The notes under the pieces are model-generated. The model was not told the DNA's origin and searched no databases. It saw only the letters and a list, made by a program, of their open reading frames with translations. Positions 63,704 to 64,000 of a DNA stretch of 64,000 nucleotides are shown one piece after another. The stretch lies in the NCBI RefSeq assembly GCF_006345805.1, contig NC_043001.1:128464001-128528000 (forward strand). Direction: 5' to 3'. The first letter of the stretch is position 1. Each line of letters opens with the position of its first letter. Made by a program: the position numbers and the translations under genes. Source of the stretch: Octopus sinensis. Its lineage: Eukaryota.

Positions 63704-64000
63704 GTAAACTATTTCACAATGTTTCTCGTTGGGGTTGTGAGGGCTGCACATTTTTGTAATTACACTTCATGGCTCTTGATATGGCTAAATATTGTCAGGT
63801 TTTGGCCCAAGGCTAGCAAGTTCACGGAAGAGGGCAAGTCGGTCACATCAACCCCAGTGCTGAACTGGTACTTGTTTTATTGACCCCAAAAGGATGAAAG
63901 GCAAAGTTAGTCTTGGCAGAAATTGAACTCAGACCATAAAGATAGTTGAAATGCTGCTAAACAGTTTGATTGACTGTAAAGTGTAATTGTAGATAGAATG

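Overview
AT-rich eukaryotic DNA. The SINE, LINE and MITE families look like those of Octopus (coleoid cephalopod); this is inferred from repeat recognition, not from a search. The window is almost entirely one intron-rich + strand gene, CCAR1 (cell division cycle and apoptosis regulator 1). I reconstructed 16 coding exons from 11721 to 63703 (2849 nt, about 950 codons) with consistent phases. They encode the S1-like, DBC1/Nudix-like, SAP and EF-hand-like regions. The start exon was not found and the C-terminal exons lie beyond 64000. Introns carry tRNA-derived SINEs, 5'-truncated RTE/CR1/Dong-type LINEs, three mariner fossils, TTAA-flanked MITEs and microsatellites. Most ORFs in the supplied track are repeat artefacts. 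The most notable region is the 8.8 kb intron 37072-45920. It appears to open with a weak non-canonical GC donor followed directly by a 3'-splice-site-like tract. It also holds two dense clusters of cryptic splice sites and a candidate SNORD98-like C/D snoRNA 72 nt upstream of a putative poison exon. Together these suggest a splicing/NMD/snoRNA regulatory cassette. Other highlights are a 9-fold frame-preserving tandem amplification of a real splice acceptor, an inverted local duplication bracketing four exons, and a 74-bp target-site duplication.
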